NCBI GenBank assembly: GCA_046292385.1
Contig: JBKBRF010000016.1
Coordinates: forward strand, 32,001 to 96,000
Length of the DNA: 64,000 nt
Direction: 5' to 3'
Origin: Armatimonadota bacterium
GTDB lineage: Bacteria > Armatimonadota > SYMT01
Part shown: positions 35,993-45,807 of the stretch, piece after piece
Numbering within the stretch: the stretch's first letter is position 1
Layout: every line of letters begins with the position of its first letter
Notes under the pieces: generated by a model
What the model saw: only the letters and a program-made list of their open reading frames with translations
Database searches by the model: none
Told to the model about the DNA's origin: nothing
Made by a program: the position numbers and the translations under genes

Positions 35993-36240
35993 CCACTCCG
36001 CCTCGGCGCCCCGTGGGACGCAGGTGCCTGCAGACACGGGACATCCGCCCGTGCCGTCTAACTGATTAGAGCCTATCCCAACCAGGCGGCGTGAAGGCGT
36101 AGCAAAGCCGGTCGGCAAAGACTGGAGGGGATGGTGGAGGTGGAGATTTGGACGGCTCAAACCACGGTGCTCTCGGAACACCGCGGCCGGCACGTCTCGC
36201 TATCAGAGGTCGAGGAGACAGTGGATCCTGATGCGACGGC

Positions 36241-36456
36241 TCAAGCGGCGATAGCGATCCGTCCCGCCTCCGTCGTAGGCTCGGGCACCGGTTCGCCGGC
36301 TTCTTTCAACCCCTCGATGTGGAATTCGACGGCTTCCCGGATCAGCTGCTCGACCTCCCGGCGCGTTTCCGCGACTGCGACGCAGCCGGGCAGGTCCGGG
36401 ATATACGCACCCCAACCCGTGGAGCCACGCTCGTAGATCACCGTGTACTCGCTCAT
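36241..36456 (-). CDS. hicB: HicB-family antitoxin (short)
   Basis: YTVIYE...WGAYIPDLPGCVAVAET...EAVEFHIEGL...PEP. Confidence 0.88.
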   Translation of the reverse strand: MSEYTVIYERGSTGWGAYIPDLPGCVAVAETRREVEQLIREAVEFHIEGLKEAGEPVPEPTTEAGRIAIAA

Positions 36457-36647
36457 TACTGCTCCTCTAACTGCGCCTGTCGCCAGATCGAAGCCAGGGT
36501 TTTGGGTGGAACATCCGCACCCGGTTTACCTGACACCGTGACCGTTCCGGACTTCTCGGGGTGTTTGAACTGGCGGTGGCTGCCCCTCATCCGTACCTGC
36601 TCCCAGCCGTCGGCTTTCAGGCGATCCAGCACATCCCGTACTTTCAT
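36456..36647 (-). CDS. hicA: HicA-family mRNA interferase toxin
   Basis: LKADGW...RGSHRQFKHPEKSGTVTV...TLASIWRQA; TAATG overlap with hicB. Confidence 0.9.
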   Translation of the reverse strand: MKVRDVLDRLKADGWEQVRMRGSHRQFKHPEKSGTVTVSGKPGADVPPKTLASIWRQAQLEEQ

Positions 36648-36772
36648 TGTTTCCACCGGTTCAGAGGCCCACGGAAGCAACCCCCGTTGGCGGTTTGCCG
36701 CTGCGACGGGTATTCCTTCATCCTACTATCATGCCGGTAACGTTCTCGCGGCGCAGGACCCTGAAACAGAAC

Positions 36773-36800
36773 GCGCCAGGCATTTAGAAATGCCTGGCGC
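36773..36800 (-). terminator. Terminator after tRNA-Asn
   Basis: GCGCCAGGCATTT..AAATGCCTGGCGC followed by GTTCTGTTT on the minus strand. Confidence 0.7.
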
Positions 36801-36806
36801 GCCGGA

Positions 36807-36878
36807 CTCCCCCGGGTGGATTCGAACCACCAACCCTCTGATTAACAGTCAGATGCTCTGCCGTTGAGCTACAGGGGA
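36807..36878 (-). tRNA. tRNA-Asn(GTT), CCA not encoded
   Basis: TCCCCTGTAGCTCAACGGCAGAGCATCTGACTGTTAATCAGAGGGTTGGTGGTTCGAATCCACCCGGGGGAG folds as a cloverleaf. Confidence 0.97.
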
Positions 36879-37007
36879 TCGCTCGTTCAACCGCGGGGTA
36901 GTGTAACAGAAGCCCCTGGACCCGTCAATAGCTCCGGCGCGCCGATTTCCGCCGGCCGCCAGGCGGCCGGTGCAGAGCATCCCAGGCAGGCGCGGCGTGG
37001 GTGGCGG

Positions 37008-37136
37008 TTAGAAGACGCGGACACCGAGGTAGAGGAGCAGCACGATGATGGCGACGATGATCAGCCCCGCGATGGCGATCCCGTAGGCAATGCCGCGGCC
37101 CGGCATCTGGTCTTCCGGCGGACGAATCTGGCTCAT
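37008..37136 (-). CDS. Small 42-aa single-pass membrane protein (absent from the ORF track)
   Basis: GGAGGAG RBS; MSQIRPPEDQMPGRGIAYGIAIAGLIIVAIIVLLLYLGVRVF. Confidence 0.7.
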   Translation of the reverse strand: MSQIRPPEDQMPGRGIAYGIAIAGLIIVAIIVLLLYLGVRVF

Positions 37137-37296
37137 CTCTGCTCCTCCCGACTTCTCGGCTCTGGGTCCTTCCCTCGCGGGACCCCTCAGCCCCGTTCTC
37201 CCCGCCCCGCCCCATCTCCAACCCCGCCGCGGAGTGATCCTCCGCCGGTGACGGGTAGACGACTATGGGGCGATCCGATGGCGAGGAGGTGTGGGG

Positions 37297-37566
37297 ATGG
37301 AGACGAGAGACGACCGCGAGCCCCTGGGTGAGCGCGTGCTGACGCCGACCGAAGAAGAGACCGACCGGGAGGAGCGGGACGATGCCGCTTCCCCGCAGCG
37401 CGCTACCGGAACCCTGGGCCACGACACGGTAGGCGTGACGCCGACCGGAGACCTGGGCCCGGGCTCGGCTTCCGGAGACCTGACGGGCGGTACTCCGGTC
37501 GGCATCGAGAACACCGACTCGACCGCCGGGGCGGAGTCGGTACGAGGCGCCGCGGGCCGGGAGTAG
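37297..37566 (+). CDS. Small acidic, low-complexity hypothetical protein
   Basis: AGGAGGT RBS; METRDDREPLGERVLTPTEEE... Confidence 0.7.
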   Translation: METRDDREPLGERVLTPTEEETDREERDDAASPQRATGTLGHDTVGVTPTGDLGPGSASGDLTGGTPVGIENTDSTAGAESVRGAAGRE

Positions 37567-37581
37567 GCGCGCCGGGTCAGG

Positions 37582-38346
37582 CTAGACGGCGTGGCGGCCG
37601 CCGTCGACCATCAGGTTGGTCCCGGTGATGTAGGAGGCATCTCCGGAGGCCAGGAACGCGATCGCGGCGGCGATCTCGGCAGGATCCGCCGGCCGCCCGA
37701 GCAGGCCGGTGGGGCTGTTGTATAACTCCGACGGGTCGGAACCTGCACGCTCCGCGCGGCGAGTGTGGAACTCCGTCACGGTGAACCCCGGACAGACACT
37801 ATTGACGCGCAGGCCATGCGGCGCCAGCTCGATCGCCAGGCTGCGGGCCAGGCTCACGAGAGCCGCCTTGGTGGCGTCGTAGATCGGCATCTCGGCGCGG
37901 CCGACCACCGCGTGCACGGAGGAAACCAGGACGAAGGCACCCCGGTCGCCAGCGGTCAGCATCGCGCGCGCCGCTTCTGCGCAGGTGAGGGCGGTGCCGC
38001 GCAGGTTGACATCCAGCAGCTCCCGCCAGTCCGCCTCGGAGGCGTTCAGCACCGAGCCGAACGCGCGGGCGCCGGCATTCGCCACCACCACGTCGAGGCG
38101 GCCCCACCGGTCATAAGCGGCCCGGACGGCACTCCGGCAAACCGCCTCGTCGGCAACGGTGCCGGGGACCGGCTCCACCTCCGCGCCGCCTGCTCTTAGC
38201 TCGGCTTCCGCCGCGGAGAGGTCGGCGGCGTCCCGGTCGACCAGGACCAACCGCGCCCCCTCCGCAGCCAGCCGGCGGGCCGTGGCCCGGCCGATTCCGG
38301 CGCCTCCCCCGGTGATGATCGCGACCTGGTCCCGGAACCGCTGCAT
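37582..38346 (-). CDS. SDR family oxidoreductase
   Basis: TGGGAGIG, ANAG, YDATK, VNSVCPG, VDGG. Confidence 0.92.
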   Translation of the reverse strand: MQRFRDQVAIITGGGAGIGRATARRLAAEGARLVLVDRDAADLSAAEAELRAGGAEVEPVPGTVADEAVCRSAVRAAYDRWGRLDVVVANAGARAFGSVLNASEADWRELLDVNLRGTALTCAEAARAMLTAGDRGAFVLVSSVHAVVGRAEMPIYDATKAALVSLARSLAIELAPHGLRVNSVCPGFTVTEFHTRRAERAGSDPSELYNSPTGLLGRPADPAEIAAAIAFLASGDASYITGTNLMVDGGRHAV

Positions 38347-38537
38347 AGGTACCTCAACGGACGCATCCCTGTCTCCCTCCCGTTCGAGCGCCCTCCGCTC
38401 GGGCACCTTCCTGCCCGCCGGAAAGGTATGGGGGCGCTGTGGGGAGAACTTAGCGGCACGCTCGGCCGAAGAGAGCCTCGCTCTCCTGCCGAGAATGAGG
38501 GTGAGGCCCCTGCATTCGGCACCGAGGAGGTCACACG

Positions 38538-39788
38538 TTGCCGGTCCGACACCCGATCGCTCCCCTGCTGCTCGCCGCCGCGCTGGTGCCCGCCGCGCTG
38601 GGGCCGGCTCCCGGCTCCGCGCAGAGCGAGAGACCTGCCCGGTATATCGTGGAGCTGCATTCCGGGCCGGACGGAGCCACGGAGGGCGCCCTCGCTCCGG
38701 CGCGGGTCCGGGCGACTCCGGTGCAGGTCTACTCGCGGACCCTCCGCGGCTTCGCGGCCGATCTCCTGCCGCAGCAGGTGGCGGCGCTGCAGCGCGATCC
38801 TTCCGTCCGCCGCGTCTGGCGCGACCAGCCGGTCAGTTTGAGTCCCGCGCCCCGCCAGTTGCTCTCCGCCGCCGGGAAAAGGAAGACGAAAGCCAAAGGC
38901 CAGAAGGTCCCGACCGGCGTGCGCCGGATCGGAGGCCTGAAGAGCGCGACCGCCGCCATCGACGGCATCGACTCGCCGCTGGACGTCGACGTGGCGGTGA
39001 TCGACACGGGCGTCGACCTCGACCATCCGGACCTCAACGTGGTCGGCGGCTTCAGTGTCTTCTCCGGCGACGCCGACGATCCGGAGGGGCACGGGACGCA
39101 CGTGGCCGGCACCATTGGCGCCCGCGATAACCGGCTGGGGGTGGTCGGAGTTGCCCCGGGAGCGCGCATCTGGTCGGTGCGGGTCCTGAACCAGCAGGGG
39201 CAGGGCTCCTGGTCCGGCGTGATCGCCGGGCTGGAGTGGGTGGCTGCGCACGCCGATACGATCGAGGTCGCGAACCTGAGCCTGGGCGGCCCGATGAGCG
39301 ACGATACACCGCTGCGAGTGGCAGTCGACGCGCTCGTCGCTGCCGGCGTCACGGTGGTCGCCGCCGCCGGAAACGCCGGGCAAGACGTGTCGACGTGGGT
39401 GCCGGCGAAGTTCGAGAGCGTGCTGTGCGTCTCTGCCCTGGCGGACAAGAACGGCAAGGCCGGCAAGAGCGCCGGGGTGTTCAAGTTCGGCAGCCGGGAG
39501 CGGGACGAGCGCTTCGCGTCGTTCAGCAATTGGGGCAGCGAGGTCGACCTGATCGCGCCGGGCGTCAAGATCCTCTCCACCTACAAGCACGGCCAGTACG
39601 CCTGGATCTCCGGCACCAGTCAGGCCGCGCCCCACGCGGCCGGCGCCGCCGCGCTCTACCTGGCGCGGCACCCGGGGGCCACCCCGGCCGAGGTCCGCGA
39701 GGCATTGGTGAACAGGGCTGTCGTCTTTTCCCGCCGGAACGATCCGGACGGCGTCTACGAGCCGTGCCTGGACGTCGCCGCACTTTAG
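38538..39788 (+). CDS. Subtilisin-like S8 serine peptidase with I9-like propeptide
   Basis: AGGAGG RBS, signal peptide, VAVIDTG, HGTHVAG, AAGN, GTSQAAPH. Confidence 0.93.
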   Translation: MPVRHPIAPLLLAAALVPAALGPAPGSAQSERPARYIVELHSGPDGATEGALAPARVRATPVQVYSRTLRGFAADLLPQQVAALQRDPSVRRVWRDQPVSLSPAPRQLLSAAGKRKTKAKGQKVPTGVRRIGGLKSATAAIDGIDSPLDVDVAVIDTGVDLDHPDLNVVGGFSVFSGDADDPEGHGTHVAGTIGARDNRLGVVGVAPGARIWSVRVLNQQGQGSWSGVIAGLEWVAAHADTIEVANLSLGGPMSDDTPLRVAVDALVAAGVTVVAAAGNAGQDVSTWVPAKFESVLCVSALADKNGKAGKSAGVFKFGSRERDERFASFSNWGSEVDLIAPGVKILSTYKHGQYAWISGTSQAAPHAAGAAALYLARHPGATPAEVREALVNRAVVFSRRNDPDGVYEPCLDVAAL

Positions 39789-39869
39789 TGGTGTGTCCAG
39801 CTACTTCTGATCTGTGGGAGTGGGAGCAAGGGAGAGTGGGGGCGTGGGCGACCGGCTCCCGTTTGTTTT

Positions 39870-39954
39870 CAGGTTGCAGGTTAACAGGTTGCAGGTTCCG
39901 AACCCCGCCTCCCGTGTTCCCAACCTACAACTTGCCAACTTGCAAACCTGCAAC
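39870..39954. repeat. Inverted arms of CAGGTTG/CAACCTG units, no gene inside
   Basis: CAGGTTGCAGGTTAACAGGTTGCAGGTT...CAACCTACAACTTGCCAACTTGCAAACCTGCAAC. Confidence 0.75.
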
Positions 39955-40267
39955 AGACGTCCCCCTCCATCCCGGACTGACGGAGTACTAGCCTGCCGTC
40001 CGGAGGCCATGGAGCAAGTAGGAGTAAAGCCCGGGGCTCGCTAACTGTGTGAGGGAGCGCCTCTTGCTTCCTCCCCGGCCGGACTGCTCGTCCGGTCCGG
40101 AAGTCGGCCGGCTCACAGGCGAGCTCGTCCCCACGCTCGCTTTGCCGTTCTCCCAAGCTGCTCCGCGGCGGATCCGTCGGACTTGCGAGTCCGGCCGGAC
40201 CCGCGTACTAAAGCTCGCCGGCGAATGACCGGCACCCGTCCCAGGGAAAGGATTGGAGACACCGTTC

Positions 40268-41260
40268 ATGTTCCGAAAGCTACTGCTGGCAGTGCCGCTG
40301 CTTGCCGGCCTGCTCCTCACCGCTGCCCCGGTGGAAGCACGCCCCAGCCGGTCGAGCCTCACGATTCAGTCGACTCCGGCGAAGGCCTCCGTGCTCCTGG
40401 ACGGAGCTCCGGCTGGTAGGACCCCCCTGACGCTTAAAAATGTGCCGCCGGGGGAGCACACTCTGGTGTTCTCCAAGCCGGGCTACGAGACCGTCACGAA
40501 AGAAATCGTCTACGAGGGCGGAAAGTCGAAGGTCAGGGTCAGGCTGAAGAAGACCCCCAAGCTCTCCGACGAGGAGCGCGCCGCGCGAGCCGGCATCCTC
40601 CGCCGCGAGATCGGCAACGTGCGAGAGCTGCGGTCCATCCTCGGCGCCGCGCTGTACGGTACCAGCCTCTCCGGGCAGGCGCTGCAAGATCCGTTTACCG
40701 GCTACTACGTCAGCATCTCGACCGGGTTCGACGGCCAGAACCGCCCGACGTTGACGATCGCGTTCTACCTGAATAAGCAGTTGACGCAGTCTGCCGGCTC
40801 GATGACGGTGGCGCTCAGCGCCTTCGCGTCCGAGGCGGACTATCAGTTCACCGCCGGGAGACTGGCCGGCGCCTCCGGGCATCTGAGCGCCGCCCCCGCG
40901 GGCCTGACCGGATACCTGATCGACGGCAGCGGCACGATGTCGGACGGCTCCGAGTGGACCGCGCTCCTGCAGGTCACGTTGGGCGACGAAGGCGTTTCGA
41001 TCACCGGGACGGCGTCGGTCACGCCGGACGGCGGCACCCCCAGCGAGTGGGCGCTGACGGTGGAGCCGGTGGCCTCCGTTGCCACGATCACGACCCCCGA
41101 GGGTTTCACGATCGTCTTCAACTCGCAGGACGGTGTCTCCAGCGGGACCCTCTCCCAGCCGGAGAGCGGAGTGGTGCTGGCGACCTTCTACCTGGATAAG
41201 AATGGCGACCTCGTCGTCGTGTTCTCGGACGGGCGGCGACAGGTGATCGACCTGTCGTAA
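40268..41260 (+). CDS. Secreted PEGA-domain protein
   Basis: Signal peptide; LTIQSTPAKASVLLDG...GRTPL...PGEHTL...KPGY. Confidence 0.8.
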   Translation: MFRKLLLAVPLLAGLLLTAAPVEARPSRSSLTIQSTPAKASVLLDGAPAGRTPLTLKNVPPGEHTLVFSKPGYETVTKEIVYEGGKSKVRVRLKKTPKLSDEERAARAGILRREIGNVRELRSILGAALYGTSLSGQALQDPFTGYYVSISTGFDGQNRPTLTIAFYLNKQLTQSAGSMTVALSAFASEADYQFTAGRLAGASGHLSAAPAGLTGYLIDGSGTMSDGSEWTALLQVTLGDEGVSITGTASVTPDGGTPSEWALTVEPVASVATITTPEGFTIVFNSQDGVSSGTLSQPESGVVLATFYLDKNGDLVVVFSDGRRQVIDLS

Positions 41261-41468
41261 CCCCGGTTCCGCAGACGCGGAGCCGCGTCCAGGTCGGGAC
41301 TCGGCTCCGCGTCACGCACGCCTCGGCTGTGCAGGTATTCCCTGGAAAGCTGCACAGTCGAGGCGTTCTGATCCCGGCCGGGTGGTGCCTCCCCGGGCGG
41401 TTGGGAACTCAGACCGGCCGCTGCAGCGGATAGGCCATGTGGCCCGTACCCGCCCTGGAGGAGGCTCC

Positions 41469-41918
41469 ATGATCCGAAACCTGAGCGTGCTCACTCTCTC
41501 CCTAGCCGTCTGTCTCCCCGCTACGGCGGCGCCCTCGACGGTCAAGGTCGACGCGCGGGGGCGGTTGGTGATCCCCGCGGCGGTCGTAAAGAAGCTCGGC
41601 GTGGCTCCCGCAAAAGACGGCCTGGTGGAGCTGCAGTTCGCCGACGTGCAGCCAAAGGAACCGGAGGAGCCGAAGGGGACCGGAGGGGAGCACTCGCATC
41701 CGCTGCCGAAGCCCCGCCCGCCGCAGACGTGGGTCCACCTGCAGCGGGACGGCTCGGTGCTCCTCGCGCGGACCCGGGTGAGCACTTACCAGCTTTACGT
41801 GCCGGGGAAGCCCGGGACCACCTACGTCTTGACCGGCGAGAAGAACCGGATTATCCTCCGCAGCCCTGCACCTAAGGCCGCTCCCGCCCGCGGCTCAAGC
41901 AAGCCCGGCCGGAGATAG
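41469..41918 (+). CDS. Secreted hypothetical protein with an AbrB/MraZ-like motif
   Basis: GGAGGAGG RBS, signal peptide, VKVDARGRLVIPAAVVKKLG. Confidence 0.65.
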   Translation: MIRNLSVLTLSLAVCLPATAAPSTVKVDARGRLVIPAAVVKKLGVAPAKDGLVELQFADVQPKEPEEPKGTGGEHSHPLPKPRPPQTWVHLQRDGSVLLARTRVSTYQLYVPGKPGTTYVLTGEKNRIILRSPAPKAAPARGSSKPGRR

Positions 41919-41927
41919 ACTTAGCCT

Positions 41928-43013
41928 ATGGCAGGCAGCACTTTCGGCACCGCGTTCCGCGTGAGCACCTGGGGCGAGTCGCACGGCCCCGCCGTCGGGT
42001 GCGTCGTGGACGGGTGCCCGCCCGGTATCCCCCTCCCCCTGGAGCTGATCCAGGCGGACCTCGACCGCCGGCGTCCGGGTCAGAGTCACATCACCACCCA
42101 ACGCCGCGAGGGCGACGAAGTGGAGATCCTCTCCGGCGTCTTCGAGGGGGTGACCACCGGCACCCCGATCGGGATGCTGGTGCGGAACGCGGACCAGCGC
42201 TCCAAAGACTACAGCGAGCTGAAGGAGCTGTATCGCCCCAGCCACGCGGACTACACCTACGCGGCGAAGTACGGGGTGCGCGACTACCGGGGCGGCGGCC
42301 GGGCTTCCTATCGCGAGGCGGTGGGACGAGTGGCGGCCGGCGCCGTGGCGCGGCAGCTCCTCTCCCACCGGTGCGGCGCGGAGATCATCGGCTACGTGCT
42401 GCAGGTTGCGGAGATCCGGGGGGAGGTAGACCCTTCGGCGGTGACCCGGCCGGACGTGGAGGCGAGTATCGTCCGGTGCCCGGACGCAGCCGCGGCGGAG
42501 CGGATGATCTCGGCCATCGACGCGGCCCGGCGGGACGGCGACTCGCTGGGCGGGATCGTGGAGGTGGTGGCGCGCGGCGTCCCCGCGGGGCTGGGAGAGC
42601 CGGTCTTCGACAAGCTGACCGCCGACTTCGCCAAGGCGCTCATGTCGATCCCCGCCGCCCGCGGGTTCGAGGTCGGCGAGGGCTTCGGAAGCATTCACTT
42701 CCGCGGGTCCAGCCACAATGACCCGTTCGTCTCCCGCGAGGGTCGCGTGCGGACGGAGACGAACCGCTCCGGCGGCATCCAGGGAGGGATCTCCAACGGA
42801 GAGGAGATCCTGCTGCGGGTCGCCTTCAAGCCGACCGCCACGATCATGCGGGAGCAGCGGACCGTCTCCACGTCCGGCGAGGAAGTCACCTTCCAGGCAC
42901 GGGGGCGGCACGATCCGTGTGTCCTCCCGCGCGCCGTGGCCGCGGTCGAGGCGATGGTGGCGCTGGTCCTGGCCGACCACCTGCTCCGCCAGGAAGCGAA
43001 CGTCCGCCGTTAA
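41928..43013 (+). CDS. aroC: Chorismate synthase
   Basis: [37 protein letters not shown]. Confidence 0.97.
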   Translation: MAGSTFGTAFRVSTWGESHGPAVGCVVDGCPPGIPLPLELIQADLDRRRPGQSHITTQRREGDEVEILSGVFEGVTTGTPIGMLVRNADQRSKDYSELKELYRPSHADYTYAAKYGVRDYRGGGRASYREAVGRVAAGAVARQLLSHRCGAEIIGYVLQVAEIRGEVDPSAVTRPDVEASIVRCPDAAAAERMISAIDAARRDGDSLGGIVEVVARGVPAGLGEPVFDKLTADFAKALMSIPAARGFEVGEGFGSIHFRGSSHNDPFVSREGRVRTETNRSGGIQGGISNGEEILLRVAFKPTATIMREQRTVSTSGEEVTFQARGRHDPCVLPRAVAAVEAMVALVLADHLLRQEANVRR

Positions 43014-43079
43014 AGCACCGATTCGGTCCCCTGCCGCGTCTTATCGGTAGGGGGCGTAAAGTGGGCTACGGAGGGAACG

Positions 43080-43739
43080 ATGATACGCGGGTACCCGGCT
43101 CTGCGAAGCTCACCGGCGCGGCGCGGCTTCACGCTGGTCGAGCTGCTGGTGGTGATCGCGATCATCGCCATCCTCGCGGCGATTCTCTTCCCGGTGTTCG
43201 CCCAGGCGCGAGAGAAGGCGCGGCAAACGAGCTGCGCCAACAACCTGCGCCAGATCGGCATGGCGAGTGCCCTCTACCGGAGCGATTACGACGAGTGCTA
43301 CGTTCCGACCGAGGCGGGCGGGCTGCCGTGGCTGAGCGTGATCCCGGGCACCGACGGGCTGCTGAACCCCTACGTGCGGATGAGCACGCCGCTCCAGTGT
43401 CCCTCCCGGCGGGCGCCGAAGGCGCGCTATGCCCTGAACGTCTGGAAGGGCGTTCACTTCGACCGCCGCGAGACCTCTCCCCAGGGGCAGCCGGATAGCG
43501 CCGTGCCGCGCCCTTCCACGACGCTGCTCGCCTGGGAGCACCAGGTCGACGCGATCGACTGCCTGACCGGCCAGGACGGCGGCGACCCGCTCCACCCCGC
43601 GCCCACGGCGGGCGACACGCACTGGGACACCGCCCACAGCGGCGGCTTCAACGCGCTCTGGTGCGACGGGCACGTCAAGCGCATGCGCTACACGCAGCTC
43701 CTGCGGACGTTCTTCACCATCGAAGAAGATCCGGAATGA
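43080..43739 (+). CDS. Prepilin-type N-terminal cleavage / H-X9-DG (DUF1559-like) protein
   Basis: [46 protein letters not shown]. Confidence 0.92.
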   Translation: MIRGYPALRSSPARRGFTLVELLVVIAIIAILAAILFPVFAQAREKARQTSCANNLRQIGMASALYRSDYDECYVPTEAGGLPWLSVIPGTDGLLNPYVRMSTPLQCPSRRAPKARYALNVWKGVHFDRRETSPQGQPDSAVPRPSTTLLAWEHQVDAIDCLTGQDGGDPLHPAPTAGDTHWDTAHSGGFNALWCDGHVKRMRYTQLLRTFFTIEEDPE

Positions 43740-44073
43740 GCGACTGAGTGGGCGCGAAGGAGAGTGAGTGGATCGGGCTGGCAGTTTTTCAGGTCGGGAA
43801 GTCCCGGAGCCTGCATACCGGGAGGCACCGGCCAACCTGCAGCAGGCCGCACCCATTCGCCCACTCTCCCTTGCCTCCCCCGCGCCTGCGATTCCCGCCT
43901 CCGAGCGAATACCCGCTCCCGTGTGGGGGCGACCGGGGGGAGGTGCGTGCATTTCGGAGACGCAACTTTCCCTGTCGGCGGGGGAACACACTCACGTTCC
44001 GGCCGGTTCCGCTCGTCTTGATCTCTGTAGGGAACGAACGAGCGCCGCCGCGAACGGCGGAAGGAGAGCGCGA

Positions 44074-45315
44074 ATGGCGCGAGTGAGCGTGTGGGTGCGA
44101 GTGGCAGGCCTGGTCGCCGGAGCGGGGCTCCTCGCGGCGGGCGCGGCGCGGGCGGAGGACTGGCCGCACTGGCGCGGTCCGCGCCGCGACGGGATCTCCC
44201 GGGAAGCGGGCCTGGTGAAGAGCTGGCCGGCCTCCGGCCCGAAGATCGCCTGGGAGAAGGATCTTACCGGAGGATGGTCGACCCCGAGCGTGGTCGGCGG
44301 CAAGCTGTACGTCACCACGGAGGACAACAAAGAGGAGATCGTCCTCTGTCTCGACGCCGCCACCGGCAAGCCGGTCTGGGAATATCGCTATCCCTGCGAT
44401 TACGACCAGCATCCCTCGCTCGACCAGCGCTTCAAGAGCGGTCCGCGCTCCTCCCCCACCGTCGATGACGGCCACATCTACACCCTCGGCACCACCGGGC
44501 TCCTCCACTGCCTGGACGCTGCCAGCGGCAAGCCGGTGTGGAAGACCGACCTGCTGGCAATGGCAAAGACGGAAGCGCCGATCGCCGGCTACTGCAGCTC
44601 GCCGATGATCGAGGGCGACACCCTCTACGTAAACCCCGGCGGCGCCGGGACTTCGGTTGCCGCGCTGAACAAGAAGGACGGCCGCGTGCTCTGGCAGACC
44701 GGCGACGACGCGATGGGCTACGCCACGCCGGTCCTGCTGGAGAGCCAGGGAGTGCGGCAGGTCCTCTACTTCACCGGCGGCGGCCTCGTCTCCGTTTCGC
44801 CCACCGATGGGAAGCCGCTCTGGCGGTTCGACTGGAAGACGCCGTTCGATCTGAACGTCGCTACGCCGATCCACCACAACGGGGAGGTCTTCATCTCCAC
44901 CAACTATGGGCGCGGCTGCGCGCTGCTGCGGCTCAAGGGCGCGGCCCAGCCGGAAGAGGTCTACCGCAGCGCCAACATGCAGAACCACTTCGCCACGTCC
45001 GTGCTCTGGGACGGCCACCTCTACGGCCTGAGCAACGACCGCCTCCGCTGCGTGGAGTGGGCGACCGGCGAGGTGAAGTGGGACCAGCGCGGCATCGGCC
45101 GGGGCAGCGTGATGATCGCGGACGGCCAGCTCATCATCCTGGGCGAGCGCGGCGAGCTGATCCTGGCGGAGCTCTCCCCCATCGCCTTCACCGAGAAGGC
45201 TCGCTGGAGGGCACTCAACGCCCCCTGCTGGTCGCCGCCCTCCCTGGCGAACGGCCTCCTTTACATCCGCAATGAGGACAAGTTGATCGCCGTCGACATG
45301 CGCGCCGGACAGTAG
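44074..45315 (+). CDS. PQQ-binding-like beta-propeller protein
   Basis: Signal peptide, DWPHWRGP, CLDAATGKPVW repeats. Confidence 0.9.
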   Translation: MARVSVWVRVAGLVAGAGLLAAGAARAEDWPHWRGPRRDGISREAGLVKSWPASGPKIAWEKDLTGGWSTPSVVGGKLYVTTEDNKEEIVLCLDAATGKPVWEYRYPCDYDQHPSLDQRFKSGPRSSPTVDDGHIYTLGTTGLLHCLDAASGKPVWKTDLLAMAKTEAPIAGYCSSPMIEGDTLYVNPGGAGTSVAALNKKDGRVLWQTGDDAMGYATPVLLESQGVRQVLYFTGGGLVSVSPTDGKPLWRFDWKTPFDLNVATPIHHNGEVFISTNYGRGCALLRLKGAAQPEEVYRSANMQNHFATSVLWDGHLYGLSNDRLRCVEWATGEVKWDQRGIGRGSVMIADGQLIILGERGELILAELSPIAFTEKARWRALNAPCWSPPSLANGLLYIRNEDKLIAVDMRAGQ

Positions 45316-45804
45316 GTTGCAGGTTGGCAGGTTGCAAGTTCCAGGTATGCCGACCGCTTGCTGTGCTACGCGCCGTGAGAATCTAGTCGGGACGCGCAGC
45401 TTCTGCGCGGGGAGTGCTCCTAAGGAGCCCGGAAGCGCTGCCGGAGGCAGGGCGGGAGGGCTTCACTTGTGACCACCCCTCGGGAGGGGTGGTCGCTTGA
45501 GCCGCCCGGAGCGGCCCGTGAACCGTCGTCTCGCTGGAGACGCCCCTTTCGGACGCGGAACGCAGCGCGCCGGGGAGCACGCCCGCAGCGCCCGCTAGCG
45601 CAGGCGAAGCCGGAGCGTGAAAGGGCCGTGGAGGGCCCCCCACGTGGGAGGGCCGCTCCGGGTGGGGAGGGCGCGGGGTGGACGCCCGGAGCGATGACGG
45701 TCTCGCCCAGAGAATCTTTCTCCCGCCGCAGTGAGTTTGGTTCCGGCATCGGCCGCGCTCTGGTTCTCACCTGCAACCTGTCAACCTGCAAACCTTCAAA
45801 CTAC
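45314..45804. repeat. CAGGTTG/CAACCTG inverted arms (45314-45346 / 45769-45804) enclosing structured element D
   Basis: AGGTTGCAGGTTGGCAGGTTGCAAGTT ... ACCTGCAACCTGTCAACCTGCAAACCT. Confidence 0.75.
45426..45750 (+). repeat. Structured dispersed element, copy D
   Basis: Collinear with the reverse complement of 4761-5084. Confidence 0.85.
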
Positions 45805-45807
45805 AGC

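Noticed and set aside
36066..36082. TTAGAGCCTATCCCAA resembling an IS5-family terminus
   Set aside because: No partner inverted repeat or transposase was found, and it is too short to support a call.
36241..36900. Prophage or integrative element at tRNA-Asn or tRNA-fMet
   Set aside because: No integrase, phage genes or duplicated tRNA 3' end seen in the window.
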